Below, piece after piece: positions 22,680 through 35,556 of a stretch of DNA of 64,000 bases. The number at the start of each line of letters is the position of its first letter. Position 1 is the first letter of the stretch. The position numbers were made by a program, and so were the translations under genes. The DNA is from an uncultured Actinomycetota bacterium (GTDB lineage Bacteria > Actinomycetota > Actinomycetes > JACCUZ01): contig CAWJWE010000009.1 of NCBI GenBank assembly GCA_963846525.1, positions 1,061-65,060 on the forward strand, read 5' to 3'. Below the pieces are notes generated by a model. The model was not told the DNA's origin, ran no database searches, and was given only the letters and a program-made list of their open reading frames with translations.

Positions 22680-23720
22680 GTCAGGGTGTCACGGATTCGC
22701 GCTGGATGCGGAGGGAACCGGCGATGACCGTGGCGCCCGGGCAGCGGTGAGGCCGGCGACGAGCGCGGCGGCGAGCACGACGGCCGGGAAGCGGTAGGTG
22801 TAGTCGATGCTCGCCTGCGCGGCAAAGACCGTCACCGCCCAGATGCCCAGCACCGGCGTGGCCCCGAGGGAGGCCGCCGCCGTGAGGAGCGCGAGGACGA
22901 CGACGACACGTGATGCCGAGGGGGAGCCCGCCCTCAGCCGCCAGCTCGAGCGCGAGGGAGTGCGCGAACCGTGTGTCGGCGTCCGCCCGGGCCGTCGGGC
23001 TGGCAACCGGGAACTGACCGATCCCCACCCCACGCCACGGGTGCGCTTCGGCGAGGTCGACCGCGTCGCCCCACAGGTCGACCCGCCGGTCGCTGAGCGC
23101 TCGCTCGGATTCGGAGGCCCCCGGCCCGGTGTAGCCGACGCCCAGGGCGACCGTCGCACTCAGTGCGGCGAGGAGTGTGGCTGCAGCGAGTGCCACGCCG
23201 ACGGCACGGGCGGTGCGGCCCAGCAGGCTGGTCCCGACGAGCAGCGCCGCAGCCATGGCCAGGACCGTCGCGGCCATGCTGCGAGTCTCGGCAAGCGCGA
23301 TCAGCAGGATCACGGCCTCGACGCCGGCCAACGCCCGGACCCACCCACGGGAGAGGACCAGGGCGCCGACCGCCGCGGTCGCGCCGATTGCGAGCAGAGC
23401 CCCGTTCGCGTTCCCGTAGTCGAGCGGGGCCGCTGTGGCCGTGCCCGAGAGCATCTCTGGGGCCGCGGCTATGACCGCGAGGCAGGTGCTGCTCACGAGT
23501 AGCAGGGCGACGGCGCTCGACCCTTCCCGCACCAGGCGTCCAGCGGCATACAGCAACCCCGCGGCCCCGATCAGCACCAGCCCAGGCACCACCGAGGCGA
23601 CGCTTCGACCGGCCGCGGCATAGAGCGCGATGAGCGCAACTGCGCCCGCACCGAGCGCCAGGTCGACGGTGCGCGTGGCCGTCCGTCTGGCGGCGGGATC
23701 CGCTCGCGTCAGCGCTCCCG
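22680..23720 (-). CDS. O-antigen ligase/polymerase family membrane protein
   Basis: Long multi-TM protein with LDYGNANGALLAIGA and WGDAVDLAEAHPWRGVGIGQF...DTRFAHSLALELAAEGGLP, typical of O-antigen ligase family. Confidence 0.83.
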
Positions 23721-24659
23721 GAACCAGCGGACTGTCTCCTCGAGCCCGGCGCGCAGGGGGACCGGCTGCGTGCCCGGGAACAGGCTGCGCAGCAGCGTGT
23801 TGTCGGCCTGGGAGTCGCGCACGTCGCCGCGCGCGGGGCTCGACGTGCTCGACGCTCGAGCGGCGCGCCCGAGCACGCTCTTCGAGCTCGGCGACCAGCT
23901 CGAGCAGCGAGGTCCGGGTGCCGAAGGCCAGGTTGACCGGCGGTGTCGTGGGTGACCCGCCGGCGCGACGGCGTCGGCGATGACGTCGCACACGGTGCCG
24001 ACGTAGGTGAAGTCCCGGGTCTGCTCGCCGTCGCCGTGCACGGTGAGCGGCCGGCCGGCCAGCGCGGCGTCGACGAAGGCCGGCACGACGGCGGCGTAGG
24101 CGTGCCCGGCCGCCTGCAGCGGGCCGAACACGTTGAAGAACCGGAAGGCCAGCACGTCGCAGGCCGTAGCAGTGGGCGTGCGCCAGGGCGTAGGCCTCGG
24201 TGGCCAGCTTGCTGACGGCGTACGGGCTCAGCGGCGCCGTGCGCAGTCCTCGCGCTTCGGCAGCTCCGGGTTGGCGCCGTAGACCGACGACGACGAGGCG
24301 ACGACGACGTGCGGCGACGCCGGCGCGCCGGACCGCCTCGAGCACCTCGCAGCGTGCCGGTGGCGTTGGCGTGGTGGCTGGCCAGCGGGTCGGCGACCGA
24401 CCGGGGCACCGACGGCACGGCCGCCGAGGTGCACGACGGCGTCGGCGCCGGCGAAGGCCTCGTCGAGCAGGTCGCGGGTCGAGGATCGACCCCTCGAGCG
24501 AGCTCGGCGTCGACGCCGTCGAGGTTCGCGCGGCGCCGGTCGACAGGTCGTCGAGCGCGACGACCTCGCTCCGCGTCCGGCTGCGCCGAGCGAGCGGCCG
24601 GCAGCAGGTTGGCGCCGATGAACCCGGCCCCGCCGGTGACGACGACCTTCACCGTGCTC
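23707..24659 (-). CDS. NAD-dependent epimerase/dehydratase (UDP-glucose 4-epimerase-like), frameshifted
   Basis: MKVVVTGGAGFIGANL, VVASSSSVYGANPELPK, PYAVSKLATEAYALAHAHCYGL, LAFRFFNVFGPLQ. Confidence 0.92.
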
Positions 24660-24797
24660 CTCCCGTCGGTCGGACCGTCATCGTGTCAGACGTTCGGACG
24701 ACCCCCGTGCGTAGTGCAGGTCGTGTCCGATGCGTATGTCCCACCAGTCCGAGGTTGCCTAGGTTTGCCGTTGACCAAGACCTCACGAGGGGGATTC

Positions 24798-25419
24798 ATG
24801 ACTGAAACGACCGAGCCGACCGAGGCGACCGGCTGGGACCGGCGTCGGTTCATCAAGGCTTCGGCCGGCGGCGCCGCGCTCATCTGGGCCGCCCCGACCA
24901 TCACCGGCCTCGACGCCCGCGCCATGGCAGCGCCGGGCTCCGATCCCGACTGCGTGCTCTTCTTCACGAACTTCGACGAGGCAGACGCCTGGGCTCAGCG
25001 AGATCGGCCAGGTCGTCCCAGGTGTTAACGTCACCAAGGGCAACGTCGACATCATACCCGTCCGGCGGACAGTTCGACTTCATTCCGGGCAATGGGCTTT
25101 ACCTTGACCTCGACGAACCTCTCCTTCGCCTTACGACTGCCGCCGGACACCAGGTCGACAGCGTCGGTGCCGGCACCTGAGGGTCCAGCTGGTCGTCGCG
25201 GGCTCCCGACGGGCGACAACCAGCCTAATAGTGCGGCCGTGACCTACGGTGCTGGCCTCGTGGACGTGATCTCGCTGACGTCCCTCGGCGGCCCGCAGAC
25301 GTTCACCTACCCGAATGTCGACGGCCACCGGCATCGGACCTGGCTCACGCATGTCTAGCTTGTCACTCCGCCGGACAACCAGGGCCTGCTGGTGCTCTCC
25401 GTCACGTCTATAACTGCTA
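24798..25419 (+). CDS. Tat-signal exported protein of unknown function (frameshifted)
   Basis: [47 protein letters not shown] signal; downstream frames read [27 protein letters not shown] and [17 protein letters not shown]. Confidence 0.6.
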
Positions 25420-25515
25420 AGACGGCTCGCCGGAGGGCCATCCAGGGCCGGGCGAACCCCCTATGGGTTGCCGCCCGGTCTGTGTTGTCGGTGGGGCGAC
25501 GTACGGTGTGTAGGC

Positions 25516-27643
25516 GTGAGACCGACCACCGACCTCGAGCGCCGCGTCGCGCCCTTCGAGGTCGTCAGCGACTTCCAGCCCGTCCGGCGACCAGCCGGCG
25601 GCGATCGACGAGCTCGAGCGGCGGATCCGGGCCGGCGAGCACGGACGTCGTGCTGCTCGGCGCCACCGGCACCGGCAAGTCCGCGACGACCGCCTGGCTG
25701 GTCGAGCAGGCTGCAGCGGCCGACGCTGGTCATGGCGCCGAACAAGACGCTCGCCGCCCAGCTGGCCAACGAGTTCCGCGAGCTGCTGCCCAACAACGCC
25801 GTCGAGTACTTCGTCTCCTACTACGACTACTACCAGCCCGAGGCGTACATCCCGCAGACGGACACCTACATCGAGAAGGACTCCTCGATCAACGACGAGG
25901 TCGAGCGGCTGCGGCACTCGGCGACCAACACCCTGCTCACCCGGCGCGACGTCATCGTGGTCGCCTCGGTGTCCTGCATCTACGGCCTCGGCACGCCGCA
26001 GGAGTACGTCGACCGGATGGTCCGGCTGCAAGGTCGGCGAGGAGATCGAGCGCGACCAGCTGCTGCGCCGCTTCGTCGACATGCAGTACACCCGCAACGA
26101 CCTGGCCTTCACCCGCGGCACCTTCCGGGTGCGCGGCGACACCATCGAGATCTTCCCGGTCTACGAGGAGCTCGCCGTCCGGATCGAGATGTTCGGCGAC
26201 GAGATCGAGCGGCTCTACTACCTGCACCCGCTCACCGGCGAGGTGGTCCGCGAGGACGAGGAGCTGTACGTCTTCCCGGCCACCCACTACGTCGCCGGCC
26301 CCGAGCGGATGGAGCGGGCGATCCCCGGCATCGAGGCCGAGCTGGCCGAGCGGCTGGCCGAGCTGGAGCGGCAGGGCAAGCTGCTGGAGGCCCAGCGGCT
26401 GCGCATGCGCACCACCTACGACATCGAGATGATGCGCCAGGTCGGCTTCTGCTCCGGCATCGAGAACTACTCGCGGCACATCGACGGCCGCGCGCCCGGC
26501 ACCGCGCCGACACTGCCTGCTCGACTACTTCCCCGACGACTTCCTGCTCGTCATCGACGAGTCGCACGTGACCGTGCCGCAGATCGGCGGCATGTACGAG
26601 GGCGACATGTCCCGCAAGCGCACCCTGGTCGAGCACGGCTTCCGGCTGCCGAGCGCGATGGACAACCGGCCGCTGAAGTGGGAGGAGTTCCTCGAGCGGA
26701 TCGGCCAGACCGTCTACCTGTCGGCGACCCCGGGCCCCTACGAGCTCGGCCGCGGCCAAGCGGCGTCGTCGAGCAGATCATCCGGCCGACCGGCCTGGTC
26801 GACCCGGAGGTCGTGGTCAAGCCGACCAAGGGCCAGATCGACGACCTGGTGCACGAGATCCGGCTGCGCACCGAGAGGGACGAGCGGGTCCTGGTCACCA
26901 CGCTGACCAAGAAGATGGCCGAGGACCTCACCGACTACCTGCTCGAGCTCGGCATCCGGGTGCGCTACCTGCACTCGCGAGGTCGACACCCTGCGCCGGG
27001 TCGAGCTGCTGCGCGAGCTGCGGCAGGGCGAGTACGACGTCCTGGTCGGCATCAACCTGCTGCGCGAGGGCCTCGACCTGCCCGAGGTGTCGCTGGTGTC
27101 GCATCCTCGACGCCGACAAGGAGGGCTTCCTGCGCTCCGGCACGCTCGCTGATCCAGACCATCGGCCGCGCGGCGCGCAACGTCTCCGGCCAGGTGCACA
27201 TGTACGCCGACAAGATCACCCCGTCGATGGCGCAAGGCGATCGACGAGACCAACCGGCGCCGCGCGAAGCAGGTCGCCTACAACGACGCGAGCGCGGCAT
27301 CGACCCGCAGCCGCTGCGCAAGAAGATCGCCGACATCATCGACACTGCTCGCCCGCGAGGACGCCGACACCGAGGAGCTGCTCGGCGGCGGCGGGCCGGC
27401 AGCAGTCCCGGGGCAAGGCGCCGGTGCCGGGGCTGTCGTCGCAGGACGCGCGGACGCCGGCCGGCACGGCCGGCGCTGCGCCGGCCTGCCGGCGCGCCGA
27501 GCTGGCCGACCTGATCCAGCAGCTCACCGACCAGATGCACGCGGCCGCGCGCGAGCTGCAGTTCGAGCTGGCCGCCCGGCTGCGCGACGAGATCGGCGAG
27601 CTGAAGAAGGAGCTGCGCGGCATGCGCGCCGCCGGCTCGGCCT
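25516..27643 (+). CDS. uvrB: UvrABC system protein B (at least 9 apparent indels)
   Basis: [101 protein letters not shown] domain [31 protein letters not shown]. Confidence 0.97.
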
Positions 27644-27809
27644 GAACGATCGGGCTGTTGGACACTCTTGTGACAATTGCGTGTGCTGGATTCGCCTGCG
27701 GGCTGGCAGCTTGAGAAAGTCCGACGGTTCTGCAGGTCTTTCACGGCTGCTAATCTTCCGCACCACCGGTGCCTGGCGCGTACGGTGAACGTCGTCGCGG
27801 CCGACCGGT

Positions 27810-28860
27810 TCAACGGCGGTATCGCCGCCCCGCTCGCGAGAGGACTTCGGCCCAGGCCCGGCCGACCACCTCGATGTCGAACTTCGATAGACAGTGCGCC
27901 CGTGCGGCCGTTCCCAGCTGGTCTGCATCGCGGACGGCGACCGCGATGCCGACCGCCAGCGCAGCAGGATCGTCGGTCGGCACGATCACACCTGTCTCGC
28001 GGTGCAGCACGATGTCCACGATCGCCTCTACGGGTGTGGCGACGCATGGGATGCCGCACAGGCCGGCCTCGATCAAAACCCCGGGCATGCTGTCGCCTCT
28101 GCTGGGTAGGACCACCACGTCAGCCAGGGAGTAGACGGGGTGCACGTCCACTGAGCCGAGGAAGTGCACCCGGCCAGGTGCGTAGTCACCGCCGTGCTCT
28201 AGGGCGGCGCGCTCAGGCCCGTCGCCCGCCACGAGCAGGGTCGCAGTCGGTATGTGTGCCATCGCCTCGACCGCGGTCGAGACGCCCTTCTCGGGCACCA
28301 GCGCTCCGGCGTAGAGCACGACCGGGCGGTCGATATTGGGCCGGCGGCCGATCATTGGGTACTGGGCTGCGGGCACGCCGTTCGGTACGACGGTGACGTG
28401 GCTCCCGCGAGACTCCTGAACGAGAAACCAGAGTGTCGGCCGAACCGCTCCAAAGCGCGACGACGGCCGTTGCCCGCCGTAGAGCCAACCTGACCCGGAG
28501 CCTGGGCGCAGGGCCGTAGGTGCCCAGAACATTGAGTCACTGATCTGCCGATACACGAACGGGGTCCGCAGCCCCAATCCCGCGATCGCGCAAGCGGGCA
28601 GGGTCGTGCTGCCGTGCCCGACTACGACGTCTGCAGCGTGGATCTCACGGCTGTTCCGAGCGCGACCAGGGTCGCCTGGCCGGTCCGGGTCCGCCCGAGG
28701 ACGGGGACGTCGAAGGAGTCGCCCGGCAGTGCCGGGCTGAGCGCCACCGTGCGGACGTTCCGGCCCTGCGCTCGGAGGGCGATCTCGAGATCGATGGCGA
28801 AAACCTGTGCACCTCGACGCTCGGTGTCGGTGATCACTTGCAGGATCACTGGTTCCCCCC
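27810..28860 (-). CDS. Glycosyltransferase family 4 (frameshift near 28600)
   Basis: VILQVITDTERRGAQVFAIDLEIALRAQG; VVLYAGALVPEKGVSTAVEAMAHIPTATLLVAGDGPERAAL; VVLPSRGDSMPGVLIEAGLCGIPCVAT. Confidence 0.93.
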
Positions 28861-29100
28861 GTTGTGGTCGGGCCGGTCGTGGCCGCACGGGGACGAGACC
28901 GGCATCCTGTTCCGCCACAGACGCGCGCGCATCCTCGCACCTTCGCCTTGCCGGGTGGTCAGAACAGGTCGCACCGCGTGGTGCGATGACCTAGTCTGCC
29001 CGAGTTGCGTGCGCGACCTGGGAGGAGACGTGACCAGGGGCGTCCTGGACCGGGCCGTGGAGGTCGCGCTGACACTCCGTCGAGAGGACGCTGTTGCGAT

Positions 29101-29994
29101 GAAGCTTGTCGCCGTCGTCCTCACCTATCGCCGCCCCGCCCTGGCCACCGAGGTCGTGCGCGGATTGGTCCGCCGAGAAGGACTCGCCCCGTCGCAGGTG
29201 CTTCTGGTGGCGGACCGGCGACGGTGGCCTCACCGACCCCGACCTCGAGCGTGCGGTGCACGTTCGCAGACTCCCAGAGAACGTCGGACCTGCAGGGGGT
29301 TTCGCCGCGGGGCTGGACGTCGCGCGCCATGAACTGGGTGCTGACTGGGTCTACCTTTGCGAGGACGACATCGGGTTGCTCGACCTTCCGGCACCACGCC
29401 TGGGGCGACTGTTGGACGCGATCGAGGGTGTGGCCGACGTGGGAGCCGGTGGTGGCCGCGCACCTGGTCGTGACCTCGACCGCCGGACCGAGCCACTGTG
29501 CCGCACCGGTCCCGCGGACTCGTAGCCTTCGAGGACGTCGACGTCGCGGCCTGGGGCGCCAGCCTTGTGCGTGGAGTTGTGCTGGATGCGGGCGTCGCAC
29601 CAGATCCCAGCCGTTCTTCGACGAGGACTTCGACTTCTGGCTGCGGATGCGGGAGGCCGGCTTCCGCCTCGTCGCGGACAGTGCCGCGGCCGAGACCGCC
29701 GGTCGGGCCGTCTCCGGCGCCGGCCGGGACGACGCGTTCCGCGGTCGCCGCCCGGACGACTCTGTGGAGCCTTGGCGCCGCTACTACGAGGCCCGCAATT
29801 TCTTCGATCCGTCCCGCGCCCACGGCAACGTCCTCTGGACGGTGTTGCACCTGGTGAAGTCCGTGCGCCGATTCCAGGTCGGCTCAACTCGGGAGCACCG
29901 AGCCTGTCTTGTCTCGGGCCTGCGGGATGGCTTCCTGGGCCGCCGAGGGCGCAACGACCGTTACCAGCGCACGCTGGGCGAGTTGCCGACATGA
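29101..29994 (+). CDS. Glycosyltransferase family 2 (GlfT/rhamnosyltransferase-like), frameshifted
   Basis: MKLVAVVLTYRRPALATEVVRGLVRREGL; VRRLPENVGPAGGFAAGLDVARHELGADWVYLCEDDI; YYEARNFF. Confidence 0.88.
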   Translation, partial: EACRRRPHLSPPRPGHRGRARIGPPRRTRPVAGASGGGPATVASPTPTSSVRCTFADSQRTSDLQGVSPRGWTSRAMNWVLTGSTFARTTSGCSTFRHHAWGDCWTRSRVWPTWEPVVAAHLVVTSTAGPSHCAAPVPRTRSLRGRRRRGLGRQPCAWSCAGCGRRTRSQPFFDEDFDFWLRMREAGFRLVADSAAAETAGRAVSGAGRDDAFRGRRPDDSVEPWRRYYEARNFFDPSRAHGNVLWTVLHLVKSVRRFQVGSTREHRACLVSGLRDGFLGRRGRNDRYQRTLGELPT

Positions 29995-30020
29995 CGCCCC
30001 CGGTAACGAAAGGACCGCGA

Positions 30021-30852
30021 TGAAGCGAGGAACTCTTACTGCTCTGGGGAGATCGGTCCCAGTGCCGCTGCGCCGCGCCCTAAACCAGGTCCGCGGCAGG
30101 ACCGCACCCTGGGTTCCGGGCGTCGTCATCCAGCCGCCGCCGTGCCCACCCGGTCACGTGGTGGACCGCCTGACTTCGTCGGCGTCGGCGCGCAGAAGGC
30201 GGCACCTCCTGGTGGTACGACATGCTCCTGCAGCACCCAGACGTGGCAGTACCTGACGCGAACCACAAGGAGCTGCACTACTTCGCCCGGTTCGGGACGG
30301 CAGCTTCCGGCACGAGCACGTCGGCGCTACCACGGTTCTTTCCACGCCCGCCGGAAAGCTCGGGCGAGTGGACCCCGGCATACCTAGCCCAATACTGGGC
30401 GGCGCCTTCCTCGCTCGCGCGGCGCCGGACGCCAAGGTGCTCGTCATGCTGAGGGACCCGGTGGAGAGGTATCGGTCGGCGCTCCAGCACGTCGCGACGC
30501 GTAGAGGTCGGCTGGACAACACCGACGCGGCGAGGCGTTCGCCCGGGGCTCTACGGGCAGCAACTGCGGGCTCTGCGCGAGCACGTGCCGGACGACCGGC
30601 TCCTGGTGCTTCAGTACGAGCGGTGCGTCCGCGAGCCCCAGGTGCAACTGGACCGCACGTACTCCCTTCGTCGGTTTGGAGCCGGCGTTTCGCCCGCCCG
30701 CCCTGGATCGCACGGTGAACGCGGCGCGCGGCCCGCCCAGGAATTGGCCGACGAGACCCGCTTCGCACTCGTCTCTGGCTACCGCCAGGATGTGGAGGAA
30801 CTACCAAGACTGGCCCGAGCTCGACAGGTCGCTGTGGCCGAACTTTCGGTGA
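30021..30852 (+). CDS. Sulfotransferase family protein (frameshifted)
   Basis: FVGVGAQKAGTSWWYDML; HKELHYFA; EWTPAYL; AKVLVMLRDPVERYRSALQHV; C-terminus DWPELDRSLWPNFR. Confidence 0.87.
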
Positions 30853-31745
30853 CCCCGGTCGTGGTCGCCGTCGTGCTCACGCACAACGCGCCCCGCGCTC
30901 TCAAGAGGTGCCTCGCGGCACTCGCGCGCCAGGACCGTCCGGCGGACCTCGTCATCGTGGTCGACAACGCGAGCTCGCCGCCGGTGGTCGGCGAAAGCCT
31001 GCCTATGGCACCAACGGTCGTGCGCAGCGACCGCAACACGGGGCCGGCGGGCGGCCACCACCTCGGGCTGACGACCTTCCTCGCGACGACTGCCACGCAC
31101 GCCTGGGTCATGGACGACGACTGCGTGCCGGACTCTGCCAGCCTGGGGAACCTTCTGATAGCGGTCCCCGCTGCTGGTCTGGTCTATCCCGCGTGGATCG
31201 ACGAGCAGACCGGTATCAGGGTCGACTGGCCGGCCTTGGTGCGGATTCCTGGTGGGGCGCGACGTAGTGCGGCGGTCGGGATTACCGCGGCTGATTTCGT
31301 CTGGTGGGCGGAGGACACGGAGTACCTCCACTGGCGCATTCCAGAGGCCGGGGTCACCGTCGCCGGGTCGAGCAGCTGCGGTCGTGCCTGCACGGACGGG
31401 TCCGACGGCACGGCCCAAGCCGGGGATCGAAGTACTACTACGAGACCCGCAACACCGTGTACTTCCGGCTTTACGTCCAGCCGGCGCCAGGGCGGCGAGG
31501 TTCTACCGGTTGGGCCGGTAGGCCTGGTGCGACTCGGCGGGGGTCGCGCTGGCGGCCCAGCGCCGTTGCGCGACGGCGGTCATGGTGCTGCGCGGTTAGT
31601 CGACGGGCTGTTACGGCGGCTCGGACCTCGGGTCCCGCTGGCAGCCGCTGAGCCACGCCGGGCCCGGACCACCCCGTCGAGCACGGCCGCGGCGAGCGGC
31701 ATGCGCGAGGTCGTCACACGGGCCGGCGCTCGAATAGGTCGGAGA
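30849..31745 (+). CDS. Glycosyltransferase family 2 (frameshifted 3')
   Basis: VTPVVVAVVLTHNAPRALKRCLAALARQDRPADLVIVVDNASS; RNTGPAGGHHLGLTTF; THAWVMDDDCVPD; KYYYETRNTVYFRL. Confidence 0.9.
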
Positions 31746-33533
31746 GGCCGTACGTCCTCGGCCGGCCCGCTTCCACGATCCGCCCGTGCTCGACCCGCAG
31801 GAACCGGTCACAGCGGCCGAGCAGCGTAGGCCGGTGGGACACAACGATCACCGTCGTCCCGCGTGGCAGCGTATTCAAGTGCCAACTTCGAGGAACACTC
31901 GTTCGACCGCATCGAGCGCACTGGTGGGCTCGTCGAGGATGAGCACGTCGGGTCGGACACTAGCGCGCGGGCCAGCGCTACCCGTTGGCGCTGTCCGCCG
32001 AGGTGGCATCCCGTCGCCCACGATGGTGTCGAACCCTTCGGCAGTGCATCTGGATCTCCCTCGCGTAATGGCCGCCGAGCTCGGCGGCCGCGACAACGTC
32101 GTCCGCCGGGAAGTCCAGATGGAAGGAGATGTTCTCGGCGAGTGTCGCCCGCAGCAGCACCGGCTCCTGTGAGACGATCGCGAACCGCGCGACCAGGGAC
32201 TCGGCGGAGTAGGCGTCGGCAGGTTGCCCGTCGACGAGGTATCGCCCCGACGTGGGGTAAGTAACCCGACGAGCACGTTGGCCAGCGTTGTCTTTCCCCC
32301 ACCGAGGAACCCACAACGCCGAGCCAGTCGCCCGGCCGATCTGTAGCGAGCGCCGCGCCCTCGAGGGCGTGCGTAGCCATCGGTAGTCGAAGGTACGTCA
32401 GCATGAGGGTCCCGACGATTCGAGCAACGGCTCCGTGACCCTCGACGTCGGGCGCCGGACTGATCGCTGATCGCGTCGCGTAGTTCCTCGAGGTAAGGCC
32501 TTGACTCGATGAAGGTCTGGGTGGCGTTTGTCGAGCTGCTGTACGTAGCTCAAGGACCGCAAGGCAAGACAGCCGCGGCCCCGAATGCGGAAGCGTCCAG
32601 GTCCGGCCGCGTGAGCGGCGAGGACACGATCAGCAGCACCCCGACGAGAAGGAACTGTTGAAACAGTGCGGGCACTAAGCGCGCGTCAAGCGGACTCTCC
32701 GGAAGGACGGGAAAGCCTTCATCGTTCATCTGGGACAGGTGCTTGACGGCCCGGGCGTGGTGTCCGAACACATGCAGCTCGCGGTTGAGCTGGACATATG
32801 AGGTTGCGGTGAACTGCAGCTCGCGGAGGGCGTTGACGTGGCCATTCCCGCCACGGCTTTGCTTCGGCGGCGGAGCGGCCGGAAGCACAACTGAGACGAC
32901 CAGGGCGAGTCCGACGAAGGCGATTGCGACGAGTGGTGCCAAGACCACTATGAAGACGGCGTAAATGATCAGGCTGATGCCGCTGAGGGCTATCGAGCTA
33001 AGCGAGAGCACCGGGGTCGTAGCCAGCTGGGAGTTGACGCCTAGGAGCTGTTGGATGCGACCAAGACGCTCCTTGCGCGTTTCCTGCCAGTCAGCGGTGA
33101 AAAACGATTCGAGCACAGAATGCCGGGCTCGCTGGGCCGGCTTCTGCCGCGAGCCCGCTGACGAAGCGAGCCTCGACGTAGCGAAGGGAGATACCAAGGA
33201 CGAGCGTCGCGGCGACCGTGCCCGCGAGCTCGGCGAACGTCCCTGTCAGGTTGAGCCCCCAGAGCATGACAGAGGCGGAGCGGCCCGCTCGACGAGCAGC
33301 AGGAGAAGCCGGAGCAGCAGGAGTAGCAGCAATGTGTCGCAGACCGCGATGGCGAGTGCCAACAGCGGCTGCAGGAGCAATCGTCGGCGTCGTCGTCCCA
33401 GGAAGACGCCGCAGTAGTGCCACAAATCCTTGATGAGCCGCGGTGTGATCTGACGTGCGATCGTCCGCCGCCGTCCGCTGGGCGGGGCGTCGTCCAATGC
33501 GTGGTTCGGTTCATGTTCACTCATCGAGTCCAT
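31745..33533 (-). CDS. ABC transporter, fused permease/ATP-binding (exporter type), frameshifted
   Basis: SLVARFAIVSQEPVLLRATLAENISFHLDFPADDVV..., RPDVLILDEPTSALDAVE; upstream TM segments SLSSIALSGISLIIYAVFIVVLAPLVAIAFVGLALVV. Confidence 0.85.
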
Positions 33534-33724
33534 CCCGCGTCACCTGACATGGGAGTCGACCACTCGTCTCGCGGTTCCAACACGGTTGACAATGCGAACT
33601 CCATGCTGGACCCGGCCGACTTGGCTACCTTCTGGAAGATGAAGTGGTGCTCGTGAGAGATGATCATTGTGTCTGGCTCTGCTCGTCTCGTCGGTCGTCC
33701 GAGATTTGGGGTCGGTGGTAAGGG

Positions 33725-34741
33725 TCAACCCGTTGCTGCGGTCTGCGGGCGCATTTCGCGGCGGAACGCGCCGCTGCGGGTCAACAGGTGACCGAGCCGT
33801 CGTCGGTGGATCTGACGGCGACCAGCGTATGCGCTGGCCGAGATGGCGGCCCGGACATTGATAGTCCTGGGCTGCTCCGGCCGATAGCCCCACCGAATCA
33901 TCTCGCGCCGGGCCACCACCTCGATCGCTGCTATGGACGAGGAGGCTGACTCTGTCCGCCACAGGTCACGTCGGTCTGTGACCACTTCGCCCATCACCGC
34001 CTGCTTCCAATACTCGCCCGACCGGTAGAGCTGCGAGGGGTCACGGACCTCGGACAGACCGGTAACGCCGAGGAAGTGTCCTATCCTGGCGCGCGCCGAC
34101 GCCGGATCCTTGACCACTTCCTCGTACCGGATGGTCAGCACCCGTTCCTGTCCGGCCCGGTGCACCAAGCGGCGACGAACCCTCATTGCCTGGTCGCTCG
34201 ACCAGCGGGCCGCGTGCCGCGCGGGGTCGTGACCTCCCCACGGCGTGTGCGTCAACGACCGTGACACCGCTCGTGGGTCACGGACAACGCACACAAACCC
34301 GAGATTGGGGCGCGACCCTGCAGCTTGCAAGGCCCAGTGCAGGTGGCCCGGGGTTTTTTCCCCACGTACGAGTTGGCCCGAAGGTGTCGTTGCCCCCACC
34401 GCTGCGTCCAACAAGTCCATGGCGTCGATCGCCCGGCCTCTTAGCCACTCGTACATGAGGGCGGGATCGGTTCTTCACCGTCCAGGTGCGGGAGGGCGGC
34501 GTAGCGCTCCAGCAGCGATCGCAGCCGCGGACCCGGTCACGGGGAAAACGTAGGCACCGGCCAGACGGGGAAGGAGGACGGACAGCACGTGCGTCTCGGG
34601 AGGGACGCACACGTCTAGGTTCTCGGAGGCGAGCCGCTGCACGAGGCTAGTCCCGGACCTGGGTGTGCCGACGATGAGGAACTGGACTCCTCGGTCCCTG
34701 GGGACAGCTGTCCACGGTTTCCCGCTCCTGGTGGAGGTCAT
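33725..34741 (-). CDS. Sulfotransferase family protein (frameshifted)
   Basis: VQFLIVGTPRSGTSLVQRLASENLDVCVPPETH; GEKTPGHLHWALQ; VCVVRDPRAVSRSLTHTPW; RVLTIRYEEVVKDP. Confidence 0.9.
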
Positions 34742-35556
34742 GGTCGCCCCAAACGCCGAGGCGGCCCGACGATGCGACCTGAGCGTCGACCGAGCTGCCG
34801 AGCCCACCGGCTGCGCTGGTCCCGGTTGACCAGTGCGGGCAGACGCGCGATGAGACCAAGATATATCCGTGCGGCCTCCGAAACGCTCTCCTCGCGGCGC
34901 GCACCGTGAGCGCGATAACGATGGAGAAGCACGCTGTCGTGGCGGCCGTACCTGAAGTATTGCCGCGCCTCGGATCTGACTCCGGACCGCTTGCGCTTGT
35001 AGACCGTGGCGTCAGGACGGTACTCGAACTTCCGGCCGGCGAGCTGTGCGCGCCATGAGAAGTCCACGTTCTCTCCCACCAGGAGCGTCTCGTCAAAGCC
35101 CCCGAGCTCGTCAAAGGTCGTCCGACGCACAGCCATATTCGAACCTGAGGCATAGGGCAGGAAGTGCAGCAGCCGCGGGGGGTTGCGCGGCGCCCGTCCG
35201 GCCTGGCTCGGGTCATAGCGAATCACCGCTCCCGCTGTCACGTCTGCCTCGATCATTGCGGCGACGTGGGCGGCCAGCCAGCCCGGCCCGACGACGTCGT
35301 CCGCGTCGCAGAAGGCCAGGATTTTCCCGCAGGCGTGATCGGCGCCTTGATTCCGGGCGGCAGCCGGGCCGCGCCGGGCCGCAGCATCCACAAGAATGAG
35401 AGGAATTCTCGATGAGCAGCCTGCGATCACGTCGGGTGTGCCGTCACGTGATCCGTTGTCGGCGATGACAACCTCCCACGTGCCTGCGAAGTCCTGCTCG
35501 AGGAGTGCCTCAATCTGCTCGGCCAAGGTCTCACGCGCGTTCAGCACCGGGATCAC
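34738..35556 (-). CDS. Glycosyltransferase family 2
   Basis: Intact ORF; MIPVLNARETLAEQIEALLEQDFAGTWEVVIADNGSRDGTPDVI; GKILAFCDADDVVGPGWL; NMAVRRTTFDELGGFDE. Confidence 0.94.
   Translation of the reverse strand: MIPVLNARETLAEQIEALLEQDFAGTWEVVIADNGSRDGTPDVIAGCSSRIPLILVDAAARRGPAAARNQGADHACGKILAFCDADDVVGPGWLAAHVAAMIEADVTAGAVIRYDPSQAGRAPRNPPRLLHFLPYASGSNMAVRRTTFDELGGFDETLLVGENVDFSWRAQLAGRKFEYRPDATVYKRKRSGVRSEARQYFRYGRHDSVLLHRYRAHGARREESVSEAARIYLGLIARLPALVNRDQRSRWARQLGRRSGRIVGPPRRLGRP

Noticed and set aside
25516-27643. Programmed frameshifting in uvrB
   Set aside because: At least nine frame changes at different contexts, as in many other genes; no slippery-site pattern, so error is the simpler explanation
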